From a virus (Duplodnaviria > Caudoviricetes): a stretch of 48,586 bases of DNA. The stretch's first letter is position 1, and every line of letters starts with the position of its first letter. Position numbers and translations under genes: made by a program. Location of the stretch: positions 1-48,586 of IMG/VR virus record IMGVR_UViG_3300032280_000663. One strand, given 5' to 3'. The notes under the pieces are model-generated. The model searched no databases. It was given only the letters and a program-made list of their open reading frames with translations, and was not told the DNA's origin. Positions 28,422-38,275 of this stretch are shown here, piece by piece.

Positions 28422-29218
28422 CCACAGGAGCATTGATATTTGCATTCAACAACCAGCAAATAGATTATGTTGCTATGGCTAATTGGACAGCTGGCAATAT
28501 TCATAGACATTTGAATATTCCTGTCTGTTTGGTCACTGATCGCCTACCCGCTCTGCCGCATGTGTTTGATCGCGTAGTAATTGCCGCACCCGAAGGTGCT
28601 GGGCAAAGATATTTTTCTGACTATGATACCACAGTGACCTGGCACAATACAAATCGCATGGATGCATATAAGTTAAGCCCGTGGAATCAAACACTAGTAC
28701 TTGATGCCGATTATGTGGTGGCAAGTGATCAACTGTTGACTATGTTGGCAAGTGGTCAAGACTTTGTATGCTATCGTTGGGCCCGAGACGTAACTGGACT
28801 ACAAACTTTTGAAGATCTAAATTACTTCGGTATCCATCGCATGCCCATGTGGTGGGCCACTGTGATGATGTTTCGTCGGAGCACAGCCGCAGAATTACTG
28901 TTTGGTTCAATGCAAATGATTCGTGACAACTGGACACACTACAGGAATCTGTATAAAAATCCCAACCCTACCTATAGAAATGACCATGCACTTAGTATTG
29001 CGTTAAATACTTTAAACGGGCACACGTTACAGGTTGATTCGATCCCAGGAACATTAGCAAGCCTTACTCCGGAACACAGATTAACTCAGCTTGATGTAGA
29101 TTCATACCGAGTAGACTTTTTGACACCAGACAAAAAACCACGATGGATCACATTGACTCAAGATTTTCATGCCATGGGAAAACAACAATTAGGAGCAATA
29201 GTTGCCAATCCTCTCTGA
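28418..29218 (+). CDS. Putative GT-A-fold glycosyltransferase
   Basis: GALIFAFN...Y..MA, PVCLVTD and SPWNQTLVLDADY (DxD motif). The start is taken at the ATGA overlap. Confidence 0.65.
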   Translation: MTTGALIFAFNNQQIDYVAMANWTAGNIHRHLNIPVCLVTDRLPALPHVFDRVVIAAPEGAGQRYFSDYDTTVTWHNTNRMDAYKLSPWNQTLVLDADYVVASDQLLTMLASGQDFVCYRWARDVTGLQTFEDLNYFGIHRMPMWWATVMMFRRSTAAELLFGSMQMIRDNWTHYRNLYKNPNPTYRNDHALSIALNTLNGHTLQVDSIPGTLASLTPEHRLTQLDVDSYRVDFLTPDKKPRWITLTQDFHAMGKQQLGAIVANPL

Positions 29219-29975
29219 ACGCGGATATTTGATTCCGGCTGTGAACACAGACACAGTCAGTTATACTGACTGTGCAGAACAGCTGGCCATGAGCATACGC
29301 CAATGGCATCCTGATGCTAACATAGCTATATTAACCAATGATCGGTGCGACTGGTCATTGTTTACTCATGTAATTGAACTGCCGTACGGGGATCAAAGCG
29401 GCTATGCCAATGACTGGCAGGTGTTCCGCGCTAGCCCGTACAGGCAGACAATCAAACTAGAAGCAGACATGATTGCGGCCAGCCCGATCGATCACTGGTG
29501 GACCATGCTTGAAAAACGTGATGTTGTGATCAGTCAAGGTTGTAGAGACTTTTATGATCAGCCTGCTGCCAGTAGATATTATCGTCGACTGTTTGATGAA
29601 AACAATTTGCCCGATGTATACAACGCAATAACTTATTGGCGTCTAAGCAAAACAGCACAGAATTTTTTTAGTCTAGTAGAGAAAATCTTTTCAAACTGGG
29701 GTTCTTACAAGACTCTACTGAAGTTCCCAGAAGAAGTTCCCAGCACAGATGTAGTGTATGCTATGGCCGCACTGATCATTGGGCCAGAACTGGTCACGTT
29801 ACCTGCGGGACTGGGGCCAACTATTGTACACATGAAACAACACATGATTGCCACACACACTGACAATTGGACCGAAGAATTAGTTTGGGAAAACACTAAC
29901 CCGGGACTACGAATCAACACAGTAGCACAACATGGCTTTGTGCATTATCACAATAAAAATTGGAGATTGCAATGA
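29202..29975 (+). CDS. Putative GT-A-fold glycosyltransferase (paralog of the upstream gene, ExD variant)
   Basis: GYLIPA.N...Y..CA..LA.SI, IAILTND, SPYRQTIKLEADM and a C-terminal HY.NK. Confidence 0.6.
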   Translation: MPILSERGYLIPAVNTDTVSYTDCAEQLAMSIRQWHPDANIAILTNDRCDWSLFTHVIELPYGDQSGYANDWQVFRASPYRQTIKLEADMIAASPIDHWWTMLEKRDVVISQGCRDFYDQPAASRYYRRLFDENNLPDVYNAITYWRLSKTAQNFFSLVEKIFSNWGSYKTLLKFPEEVPSTDVVYAMAALIIGPELVTLPAGLGPTIVHMKQHMIATHTDNWTEELVWENTNPGLRINTVAQHGFVHYHNKNWRLQ

Positions 29976-30274
29976 GTAAAGAAGAAGATAAGTTCAAAAA
30001 AAGCAAACGTTTGCTCAAAGACGAAAATGCTGTGGCCAAACAAGTTAAGATTGCCAAGGCATACGGGCTAACTGAAAAAGACAAAGCAATAAAAGAGCCG
30101 CATCGATTGGCCAAGCATCATGCCATGGACTGTGGCAATCCTCAATGCCCCTTGTGTGGAAATCCTCGCAGAACACACAAAGACACACTGACAGCACAAG
30201 AAAAGCGTTTATACCAAGACGTCGATAACATCACGGACCGACACTCAAACGGCATTCCACCTAAAGATGAATGA
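29972..30274 (+). CDS. Small basic protein with HHxxxCxxxxCxxC putative metal-binding motif
   Basis: AKHHAMDCGNPQCPLCGNPRR; GGAG at 29962 and ATGA overlap. Confidence 0.65.
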   Translation: MSKEEDKFKKSKRLLKDENAVAKQVKIAKAYGLTEKDKAIKEPHRLAKHHAMDCGNPQCPLCGNPRRTHKDTLTAQEKRLYQDVDNITDRHSNGIPPKDE

Positions 30275-30614
30275 AACAACTGAAAATTTTTGGAAGGCCT
30301 GGGCCGAACCAGTTCTGGAACCTGCACCTATCTTTTTTAGGTTATACTACAACCCGCATGGTCAACCAGTATCTTACAGCATGGAAGACTTGCCAGGTAA
30401 TTACATAGAGATTGATGCAGATACATATCAACGCAGTTCGTTTAATGTTCGAGTTGTTGACGGCAAGTTAGTACACATTGTGCCAAAAAAGATCACAAGT
30501 AAATTAAAACCTGGTACAACAGGAACTCCTTGCTTACCCAACAATGTTTCTGTTGTTGTACCAGTCGATCAACCGAATATTAAATGGAGTTTGAAATCTA
30601 ATGAACAGAATTGA
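30267..30614 (+). CDS. Hypothetical protein (115 aa)
   Basis: It overlaps both neighbours and contains FFRLYY...GNYIEIDADTY...VVDGKLV. Confidence 0.65.
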   Translation: MNETTENFWKAWAEPVLEPAPIFFRLYYNPHGQPVSYSMEDLPGNYIEIDADTYQRSSFNVRVVDGKLVHIVPKKITSKLKPGTTGTPCLPNNVSVVVPVDQPNIKWSLKSNEQN

Positions 30615-31527
30615 CGTTGCAGATCTAGACTGCATATACCTGACCTATGATGAACCACAGAAAGAAGAATTCTGGGTCAAGATCAAAAATATGGTGCCCT
30701 GGGCCAAACGTGTAGACGGCGTCAAAGGATCAGATGCGGCTCACAAAGCCGCTGCCGCTGCCAGCGACACAGAACGATTTATATTGATTGACGGCGACAA
30801 CATGCCGGATCCAGAGTTCTTTAATCAAACATTAACATTTCCCACTGCTGAATATGAACGTGCAGTGTTTCGTTGGAGAGCACGTAATCACATCAATGGC
30901 TTGATGTACGGCAACGGCGGCATGAGTTCGTGGACTAGAACATTTGTCAACGAAATGAAAACACATGAAAACTCAGATGGCACAGCCGCCACTGAAGTTG
31001 AGTTTTGTTTTGATCCCTTGTATTGGGCCATGCATGACTGTTACTCAACCACATACCCCAATGGGTCGGCTTTTCATGCATGGCGTGCCGGATTCCGTGA
31101 AGGCGTAAAGATGTGCCTGAATAAAGGTGCTAGACCCACTGTGGCAGAATTTAAAGACCGTGTGCATCAACGCAATCTAGACAACTTGACTGTGTGGCAC
31201 AATGTGGGTCGTGATGCTGAACACGGAGTTTGGGCCATTGCTGGCGCAAGAATGGGCACATACATGACCATGTTGACCAACTGGGACCATAAAGAAGTAC
31301 AGTGGTTTGATTCTTTAAATGCTTTGTGGGATACTGTCAAAGACATTGAACCAGAATTATTGTTAGGGCGTGTGGCCGAAGAGTTGAGCACACAGTTAGA
31401 CTTGCCAATGGTCTGGTATGAAGAAGAAGCCAGCAAGTTCTTTAAACATCATTATCGTACTGGCTGGCACAATCAAGGCATTATGATTCGTGAAATTGAT
31501 GTAATTAGAAAGCAAGAAGGCTGGTAA
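30601..31527 (+). CDS. Putative glycosyltransferase (GT2-like, GT-A)
   Basis: DCIYLTYDEP, RVDGVKGSDAAHKAAA, FILIDGDN (DxD), NGLMYGNGG and AWRAGFREGVK. Confidence 0.65.
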   Translation: MNRIDVADLDCIYLTYDEPQKEEFWVKIKNMVPWAKRVDGVKGSDAAHKAAAAASDTERFILIDGDNMPDPEFFNQTLTFPTAEYERAVFRWRARNHINGLMYGNGGMSSWTRTFVNEMKTHENSDGTAATEVEFCFDPLYWAMHDCYSTTYPNGSAFHAWRAGFREGVKMCLNKGARPTVAEFKDRVHQRNLDNLTVWHNVGRDAEHGVWAIAGARMGTYMTMLTNWDHKEVQWFDSLNALWDTVKDIEPELLLGRVAEELSTQLDLPMVWYEEEASKFFKHHYRTGWHNQGIMIREIDVIRKQEGW

Positions 31528-32912
31528 TGAGCAAAGGCGATCAAAGCCGTTTCATGAGCTCTGCAGAGCAGATGAAAGAAGATCTTGGTCCTGCATTGTG
31601 CCTGGCCAAGTGGAAGCAAGTAAGCCTGCACCTGCCCACAGGACTCAACAATAGTTGTTACCACCCTCCACTGCATCAAATTTCTGCAAATGACCTACAA
31701 CGCTCGGGTGGAATACACAACACTGAACACAAAAAACAACAACGCATGATGATGATTCGTGGTGAAAAGCCCACTGAGTGTCAGTATTGTTGGAACATGG
31801 AAAACTTGGGTAAACTGTCTGACCGACACTATCGTTCTGGTGAAGCCTGGGCCGCTGTAGACTTTGAAAAAATTAAAAATAGTGTAGGCAACGAAGATGA
31901 CGTTGTTCCTAGTTATGTAGAAGTAAACTTTAATCATGCCTGCAATTTAAAATGCAGTTATTGTAGTCCGCAGTTCAGCTCTAGTTGGGGAGAAGAAGTA
32001 GAACGACACGGTGCATACCCTACTAGTAAACCACACAATGCCCCGGAACACTTTGTAGGCAATCGTAAACCTATTCCAGTGCGTGAAGACAATCCCTATG
32101 TTGATGCATTTTGGGAATGGTGGCCAACACTATACCCAGAACTAGTACATTTTAGAATGACTGGCGGCGAACCGCTGATGGATAAGAATACCTATCGAGT
32201 ATTCGATTATGTGTTGGCCAACCCCAATCCTCGACTGCATTTGAATGTGACATCAAACTTTTCAGTAGAAGACCAACTTTTTAAAAAGTACATAAGTTAT
32301 GTAAAGCGTCTTTGTACGCCAGACATTGAACACTTCATGCAGTATGTTAGCCTAGATTCTGGTATACCTGCACAAGCAGAATACATGCGTCACGGACTAG
32401 ACTATGGCCGTATGGCCAATAATGTTGAAGAATTCCTAACAGATATTCCATATCGCAACAGTCTGACGTTCATTATCACAATGAACAACTTAACTGTAAC
32501 CGGGCTTCCTGCTCTGTTAAAATGGATATTGGAATTGCGAAAGACACATTCAACAACCTATCAACGAGTGTGGTTTGATACTCCTGTGCTTCGTGAACCT
32601 GCATGGCAAAATTTACAAATACTGCCAGAAAGTTACGCAACACAATTAGAACGTGCTAGAGATTACATGCTGGCTAACATGGTCACAGAGACGAATCCAT
32701 TGCACGGGTTCAAAGACTATGAAGTTCAACGCATTGAACGTGACATTGCATGGATGCGCGAAGGACAGCACAAAGACAACTCAATTGCTCGAGCAGACTT
32801 TTATCGTTTCTTTAACGAACACGACCGTCGACGTGGCACAGACTTTTTAACAGCCTTTCCAGAAATGCGAGCATGGTGGGCAGAATGTGAGTATCATGCT
32901 CGGCAATCGTAA
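31527..32912 (+). CDS. Radical SAM protein with N-terminal twitch/SPASM-like domain (#1)
   Basis: N-terminal CLAKW...SCYHP...ECQYCW, then CNLKCSYC (~31941), TGGEPL and VSLD. Confidence 0.9.
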   Translation: MSKGDQSRFMSSAEQMKEDLGPALCLAKWKQVSLHLPTGLNNSCYHPPLHQISANDLQRSGGIHNTEHKKQQRMMMIRGEKPTECQYCWNMENLGKLSDRHYRSGEAWAAVDFEKIKNSVGNEDDVVPSYVEVNFNHACNLKCSYCSPQFSSSWGEEVERHGAYPTSKPHNAPEHFVGNRKPIPVREDNPYVDAFWEWWPTLYPELVHFRMTGGEPLMDKNTYRVFDYVLANPNPRLHLNVTSNFSVEDQLFKKYISYVKRLCTPDIEHFMQYVSLDSGIPAQAEYMRHGLDYGRMANNVEEFLTDIPYRNSLTFIITMNNLTVTGLPALLKWILELRKTHSTTYQRVWFDTPVLREPAWQNLQILPESYATQLERARDYMLANMVTETNPLHGFKDYEVQRIERDIAWMREGQHKDNSIARADFYRFFNEHDRRRGTDFLTAFPEMRAWWAECEYHARQS

Positions 32913-34035
32913 ATTTATCATTGATACAATGAGTGAGGTTTACAACATAATGAAACCTCACTCGGATGATGAGTTGTGGGATCTAGGCGCACATGAAACA
33001 CAAACTAATTCAATCTATCTGTTAGGCCGCAAGCAGATGGTCGAACATACAGATCGTATTAGAGAAATGGTTGTTGACCCGACTATAACTGTTATATTTG
33101 GCAACAGCGCCGAAGGATCTAAAACGGTCATAGATCAATTGCGTGTGTTAAAAATAGAAGATTTGGTATTGTCAGGAAAGATACTGCTGTTGAGTGGCGG
33201 CGAAATTGAATCTCGGTATCCATACTTGTTGCATGAACATTTTATCACACACATACTAGATTATGAAGAAAACATTCAAGCACAGCAACACACTGATGAA
33301 ATTTTTAACAAAAAAATTAAACCTTATAAATTTTTATTTTTAAACGGCCGGGCCCGACCTCATAGAAAATACCTGCTTGAAAGATTTCGTCAACTGAACA
33401 TTTTAGACAGTGCAATCTGGACCATGCTGGATGGCCGTAGATCAAACAACATGTATTTTGATCTAGTTGAAAATGGTGCAGACTTGATTAATCAGAATAC
33501 TGCGATTAAACACTTGCCGTCTGAATACGAATTTAAATTTTTTAAGAATAAATCTATTGCATTGGATCACCCACATAAATTTGCTAAAAATGAATTGTTT
33601 GACACTCACTGGGGCGAAATTTATTTAGAACCTGCTCCGTACATTGACACCTACTTTAGTTTGGTAACTGAAACTGTGTTTGAATATCCTTACAGTTTTA
33701 GAACAGAAAAAATTGCCAAACCATTGGCCATGGGGCATCCGTGGATCTGTGCCACCAGTGTGGGATTTTATCGAGACATGCACAAGTTGGGATTTCAAAC
33801 ATTTGGGCATGTGATAGATGAAAGTTTTGATTCTATCAATAATCATCAAGATCGAATGGAAAGAATAACAATGATAGTCAATGATTTGTGTCAACAAGAT
33901 CTTGCAAGTTTCCTAAACGAATGCTATAATGTATGTAAATACAATCAACAACATCTTGCAGAAATGCGTACTCAAGTCCGTAAAGAGTTCCCGGCTCAAT
34001 TCACCCAGTTTATAAAAAAATACATCAATGAATGA
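32896..34035 (+). CDS. Putative GT-B/GT10-like glycosyltransferase-related protein
   Basis: FLFLNGRARPHR and YFSLVTET...RTEKIAKPL..GHPW...LGFQTF...IDESFD. It is paralogous to the ORFs at 46981 and 48149. Confidence 0.5.
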   Translation: MLGNRKFIIDTMSEVYNIMKPHSDDELWDLGAHETQTNSIYLLGRKQMVEHTDRIREMVVDPTITVIFGNSAEGSKTVIDQLRVLKIEDLVLSGKILLLSGGEIESRYPYLLHEHFITHILDYEENIQAQQHTDEIFNKKIKPYKFLFLNGRARPHRKYLLERFRQLNILDSAIWTMLDGRRSNNMYFDLVENGADLINQNTAIKHLPSEYEFKFFKNKSIALDHPHKFAKNELFDTHWGEIYLEPAPYIDTYFSLVTETVFEYPYSFRTEKIAKPLAMGHPWICATSVGFYRDMHKLGFQTFGHVIDESFDSINNHQDRMERITMIVNDLCQQDLASFLNECYNVCKYNQQHLAEMRTQVRKEFPAQFTQFIKKYINE

Positions 34036-35374
34036 TTTAGATTTTAAACATGAAATTTTAGACACCAAAAGCGCAAGTTTTTGCGCGGCCAAATGGTACA
34101 ACGCTACCATATGGTTAGGATCAGGACAAACTACCAGTTGTCATCATCCGCCAGCACACGCAATTGACGTAGATGCATTGGCAACCAATCCTTCTGCGCT
34201 ACACAACACAGCAAAGAAAAAAGATGACCGCCGGCTGATGTTAGAAGGAAAACGTCCCGCAGGCTGTGAGTACTGTTGGAAGATAGAAGACATGGGCAAA
34301 GACGCAGTGTCTGACCGTGTGTACAAAAGTAAAATTTACCCTATAAAGGCCTTAGATGAAGCATACAACACTCCACACACCGAAGATGTCAATCTTCGCA
34401 CACTTGAAATTGCATTTGACCGCACTTGCCAATTTGCTTGTAGCTATTGTAACCCTGCTTTCAGTAGCACATGGGTTAATGATATCAAGCGAAGCGGCCC
34501 ATATGTCGGCCTGGTGTCTGACGGGCGTAACCACTTTACTCATGCTCACGCTAGCAGTCAACTATACCGGTTTGGCGAAACGAATCCCTACGTTGAAGCG
34601 TTTTTTAAGTGGTGGGAAACAGACCTCCACCGCACACTCCAAGAACTGAGAATCACCGGCGGCGAGCCGCTGATGAGTGCTGAGACATGGAAACTGATTG
34701 ACTGGTTTAAAAACAACCCTGGCAGATCAAACACTCGGTTGGCAATCAATTCAAATCTTGGTGCAGAAGTAGACGTTGATAGATTAATTGAAAGTACACA
34801 GGGATTAGATGTAGAAATTTATACATCAATGGAAGCAATCGGTATTGCCGCTGAATATATTCGAGACGGATTAGCCTATTACGAATGGGAAAAAAATGTA
34901 GTTAAATTACTAGACAGTCATGTAGGAGCAGTACACGTCATGGCCACAATTAATGCATTGTGTCTATCAACACTGCCTACACTACTGCATTATCTAGTGC
35001 AACTTAAATCAAAGTATGGTCGTGAGCGTGTTAATTTTACATTAAACATATTACGATTCCCTAGTTTTCAGAGTCCACTGGTATTGCCCAAGAAATTGCT
35101 TGTACGTCATATGTTTGACTTGTCTAATTTTTTAAACCGCTGGGAAAAGGTTCCTGGGATATTGCACGAACACGAAATTAACCACTTACAAAGATTGATT
35201 GATTACTTGGACGTGGTAAAAACACCGCACTCAGATGCGTTTGACTTGCCCAAATTGCACAATGACTTTAAACAGTTTTACACACAGTATGATCAACGAC
35301 GTGGCAAAAACTTTGGCACTGCGTTCCCCTCACTAAACGAATGGTTCAACAATGACATTAGAACAACTTCTTAA
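34028..35374 (+). CDS. Radical SAM protein with N-terminal twitch-like domain (#2)
   Basis: FCAAKW...SCHHP...GCEYCW, CQFACSYC (~34427) and TGGEPL. Confidence 0.9.
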   Translation: MNDLDFKHEILDTKSASFCAAKWYNATIWLGSGQTTSCHHPPAHAIDVDALATNPSALHNTAKKKDDRRLMLEGKRPAGCEYCWKIEDMGKDAVSDRVYKSKIYPIKALDEAYNTPHTEDVNLRTLEIAFDRTCQFACSYCNPAFSSTWVNDIKRSGPYVGLVSDGRNHFTHAHASSQLYRFGETNPYVEAFFKWWETDLHRTLQELRITGGEPLMSAETWKLIDWFKNNPGRSNTRLAINSNLGAEVDVDRLIESTQGLDVEIYTSMEAIGIAAEYIRDGLAYYEWEKNVVKLLDSHVGAVHVMATINALCLSTLPTLLHYLVQLKSKYGRERVNFTLNILRFPSFQSPLVLPKKLLVRHMFDLSNFLNRWEKVPGILHEHEINHLQRLIDYLDVVKTPHSDAFDLPKLHNDFKQFYTQYDQRRGKNFGTAFPSLNEWFNNDIRTTS

Positions 35375-37058
35375 AGATTTTCAAGATCGTTACGATCTCG
35401 TAGGTGTTATCAATCTTGATGACTGGTATGCCCGTGCTCCATCCGAACGTCCAGAATGGTTGAGGGATCGACTGCATAGTGTGTATCGTCCAGAATTTTC
35501 AGACAACCAGCGACTGGTCTTGACCTTGAGTCAAGGCGACGAGTATATTTCTGAAATGGATGCAGCCGGACAAATACTAACTGCATTACAAGAACAATTG
35601 AATCAAGTTGATATCAGTAATTTTTTTGTAGTGTTATTGGCCAACACACCAGATCAAATCGAACCAGCTCGCGCAGTCATGGCAAAATACAGCACTGATC
35701 CTATTCCAATTTCTGTAGAATATTTTGATGGCAGCTTACCTGCCAAGCGTATCACAACAGATCGACGAAATCTAGAATACAATTATAATTCATCGCGTCC
35801 TTTAAAAATTGCAGTGGACGATTTAACTGAGCAACAGAAACAATTGTTGTTGGAAAGCAATAATTTTTGCATATACCCTTGGGTACACCTTTATGTAGAA
35901 CCCAATGGATCAGCATATCCCTGTTGCGGTGCCACCTACCAGGCTCAGAGTGTGCTGGGAAATACCAATCATACTCCTATGCGAGAAATTTGGAACGATC
36001 AGCCCATGCGAGATTTACGTTTACACATGCTGAACGACCAACCTAGCAAAACATGCAGTCGTTGTTATGAGCAGGAAGCAGCTGGATTTTTTAGCATGAG
36101 AAATTCGGCCAACAAGCATCACGGGCATCACATTGGCCGAGTAGATTCTACCGGTGCCGACGGCACTGTGGATAACTTTAGCATGATTTACTGGGATGTT
36201 CGTTTTAGTAACTTGTGCAACCTACGCTGCCGTAGTTGCGGCCCAAGTTTTTCCAGCTCTTGGTTTCAGGATCAATTGCAACTGGCCCCGGATTACGGAG
36301 ACAAGCATAAACCACTAATTTTTGCTGGCAAGTACGAAACTGACCTGTGGGAACAGTTGATCGAGCATATTGATCATGTAGAGCAAATCTATTTTGCCGG
36401 CGGTGAGCCCATGATGATGGATGAACACTACCGTATCCTTGAAGAACTTGAACGCCGTGGCCGCGTTGATGTTAAGCTGATTTACAACACCAACTTTACA
36501 CAAACTACCCTGAAGGATCGTTATGTATTTGATTATTGGAAAAAGTTTGACAGTGTAGCAGTGGGTGCCAGTTTGGACGCCATGGGTGCTCGTGGCGAAT
36601 ATATTAGAAAAGGCACAGACTGGGCAGAAGTAGAAGAAAATCGTCGAGTGATGATGGAAGTTTGCCCGGCTGTGGATTTTTATATCAGCGCCACAGTGAG
36701 TATACTCAATGCGTGGCATGTTCCGGATTTCCATCGTGATTGGAGTGAACGTGGACTGATTAATCCACGAGACTTCAACGTTAATATATTAACAGATCCC
36801 AAACATTACCGTCTGGACATAGCGCCTGAAGAGTACAAGAAAGAAATTGAAAAGAAATATCGGGCTCATTTGGCATGGTTAACACCGCAGGACAGTTTGC
36901 GCCGTGCCAGCAATGGGTACGAAAGCGCACTGACATTTATGAACGCTACTGACAATACCCATTTAATTGACACCTTTTGGCGTAAAACCAACGAACTCGA
37001 CAGCATTAGAAGTGAGCGGATACTTGATGTATTACCGGAACTGGTAGCATTAAAATGA
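35352..37058 (+). CDS. Radical SAM protein with N-terminal twitch-like domain and extra ~165-aa N-terminal domain (#3)
   Basis: FCIYPW...G.AYPCC...IWN...CSRCY, CNLRCRSC (~36216), AGGEPM, YNTN and ASLD. Confidence 0.9.
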   Translation: MTLEQLLKDFQDRYDLVGVINLDDWYARAPSERPEWLRDRLHSVYRPEFSDNQRLVLTLSQGDEYISEMDAAGQILTALQEQLNQVDISNFFVVLLANTPDQIEPARAVMAKYSTDPIPISVEYFDGSLPAKRITTDRRNLEYNYNSSRPLKIAVDDLTEQQKQLLLESNNFCIYPWVHLYVEPNGSAYPCCGATYQAQSVLGNTNHTPMREIWNDQPMRDLRLHMLNDQPSKTCSRCYEQEAAGFFSMRNSANKHHGHHIGRVDSTGADGTVDNFSMIYWDVRFSNLCNLRCRSCGPSFSSSWFQDQLQLAPDYGDKHKPLIFAGKYETDLWEQLIEHIDHVEQIYFAGGEPMMMDEHYRILEELERRGRVDVKLIYNTNFTQTTLKDRYVFDYWKKFDSVAVGASLDAMGARGEYIRKGTDWAEVEENRRVMMEVCPAVDFYISATVSILNAWHVPDFHRDWSERGLINPRDFNVNILTDPKHYRLDIAPEEYKKEIEKKYRAHLAWLTPQDSLRRASNGYESALTFMNATDNTHLIDTFWRKTNELDSIRSERILDVLPELVALK

Positions 37059-38275
37059 ATATACCACATGATACCTTTTGCGTACTACCTTGGATTAGTC
37101 TAGAAGCAAGTCCAGTCGGAACTGTGCGTCCGTGTTGTTTAGCAATGGATGAAATTACAGACGATGCCGGCGACAAATACAAACTGGCCACCACCAGCCT
37201 AATAGAAATACAAAATAGTCGAGCAATGCAAACTCTGCGTGAAGATTTTCTGGCCGGAAAAAAGCCACAAAATTGCCGTCGTTGCTGGAATGAAGAACGT
37301 GCAGGTCGTACCAGTAAACGCATGCACACCTTGGACAGACTCAAGCATATGATTGATGCTGATGTTTCGTGGACCACGGATGCTATGCCACTGATGTTTC
37401 TTGATCTTAAACTGGGCAACATTTGTAACTTGAAATGTCGTATATGTGGCTCATGGAGCAGTAGCCAGTTTGCCGCCGAAGAAATTCGGTACAACAAGGC
37501 AGAAGAAACTCGTGGTAGTTTTGCTTATCAAATGCTGAAGGACGGTGCCTGGCCCAGAGAAAGTGCAGAGTTTTGGACGGATCTGGACCGACATTTAGAT
37601 AATATACGCTACATTGAGTTCACTGGCGGTGAGCCTTTTATGATCAAGGAGCATTTCCAACTACTGCAAAAATTAGTAGATACTGGTCGTGCCGCCCAGG
37701 TCGAAATACATTACAATACCAATGGCACACAGTATCCAGAGGAAGGCGAGGCAATATGGAAACATTTCAAACATGTGGAAATTGCTGTCAGCATTGATGA
37801 TGTAGAATCACGATTTGAATACCAGCGTAGCAATGCAGTCTGGGCCGAAGTGGTTGAAAATGTCGAACGCTTTAGACAACTGCGCAGTCGCAACAACAAC
37901 ATCACATTGCAGGCCTGCTGTACTATTAATGTGTTCAATGTGTACTATCTTGAAACAGTGGCCAATTGGTTAACTCAACAGGGATTTGATTTTATCTACT
38001 GGAACATGATGCACGATGCTTACTACTTCAGTATCAGTACATTGCCAGAAACTGCCAAAGCAGAAATTACTAAAAAGCTAACAACAGCGGCAGTTCCGCC
38101 TCGAGTGCTGAAAGAATTTGTAAGTGCGGCTGAGTTTATGAATCGAGGCAATAGCCTAGATGGAAATCTCCTGCGCATGAATCTACGTGACCTTGACTAC
38201 AAACGAAAACAAAACTTAGCAGACGTGGCACCTGAGTTTGCGGCACTGATTGACTATGACTACAACAAAGCCTGA
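37055..38275 (+). CDS. Radical SAM protein with N-terminal twitch-like domain (#4)
   Basis: FCVLPW...GTVRPCC...CRRCW, CNLKCRIC (~37424), TGGEPF, YNTNGT and VSID. Confidence 0.9.
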   Translation: MNIPHDTFCVLPWISLEASPVGTVRPCCLAMDEITDDAGDKYKLATTSLIEIQNSRAMQTLREDFLAGKKPQNCRRCWNEERAGRTSKRMHTLDRLKHMIDADVSWTTDAMPLMFLDLKLGNICNLKCRICGSWSSSQFAAEEIRYNKAEETRGSFAYQMLKDGAWPRESAEFWTDLDRHLDNIRYIEFTGGEPFMIKEHFQLLQKLVDTGRAAQVEIHYNTNGTQYPEEGEAIWKHFKHVEIAVSIDDVESRFEYQRSNAVWAEVVENVERFRQLRSRNNNITLQACCTINVFNVYYLETVANWLTQQGFDFIYWNMMHDAYYFSISTLPETAKAEITKKLTTAAVPPRVLKEFVSAAEFMNRGNSLDGNLLRMNLRDLDYKRKQNLADVAPEFAALIDYDYNKA

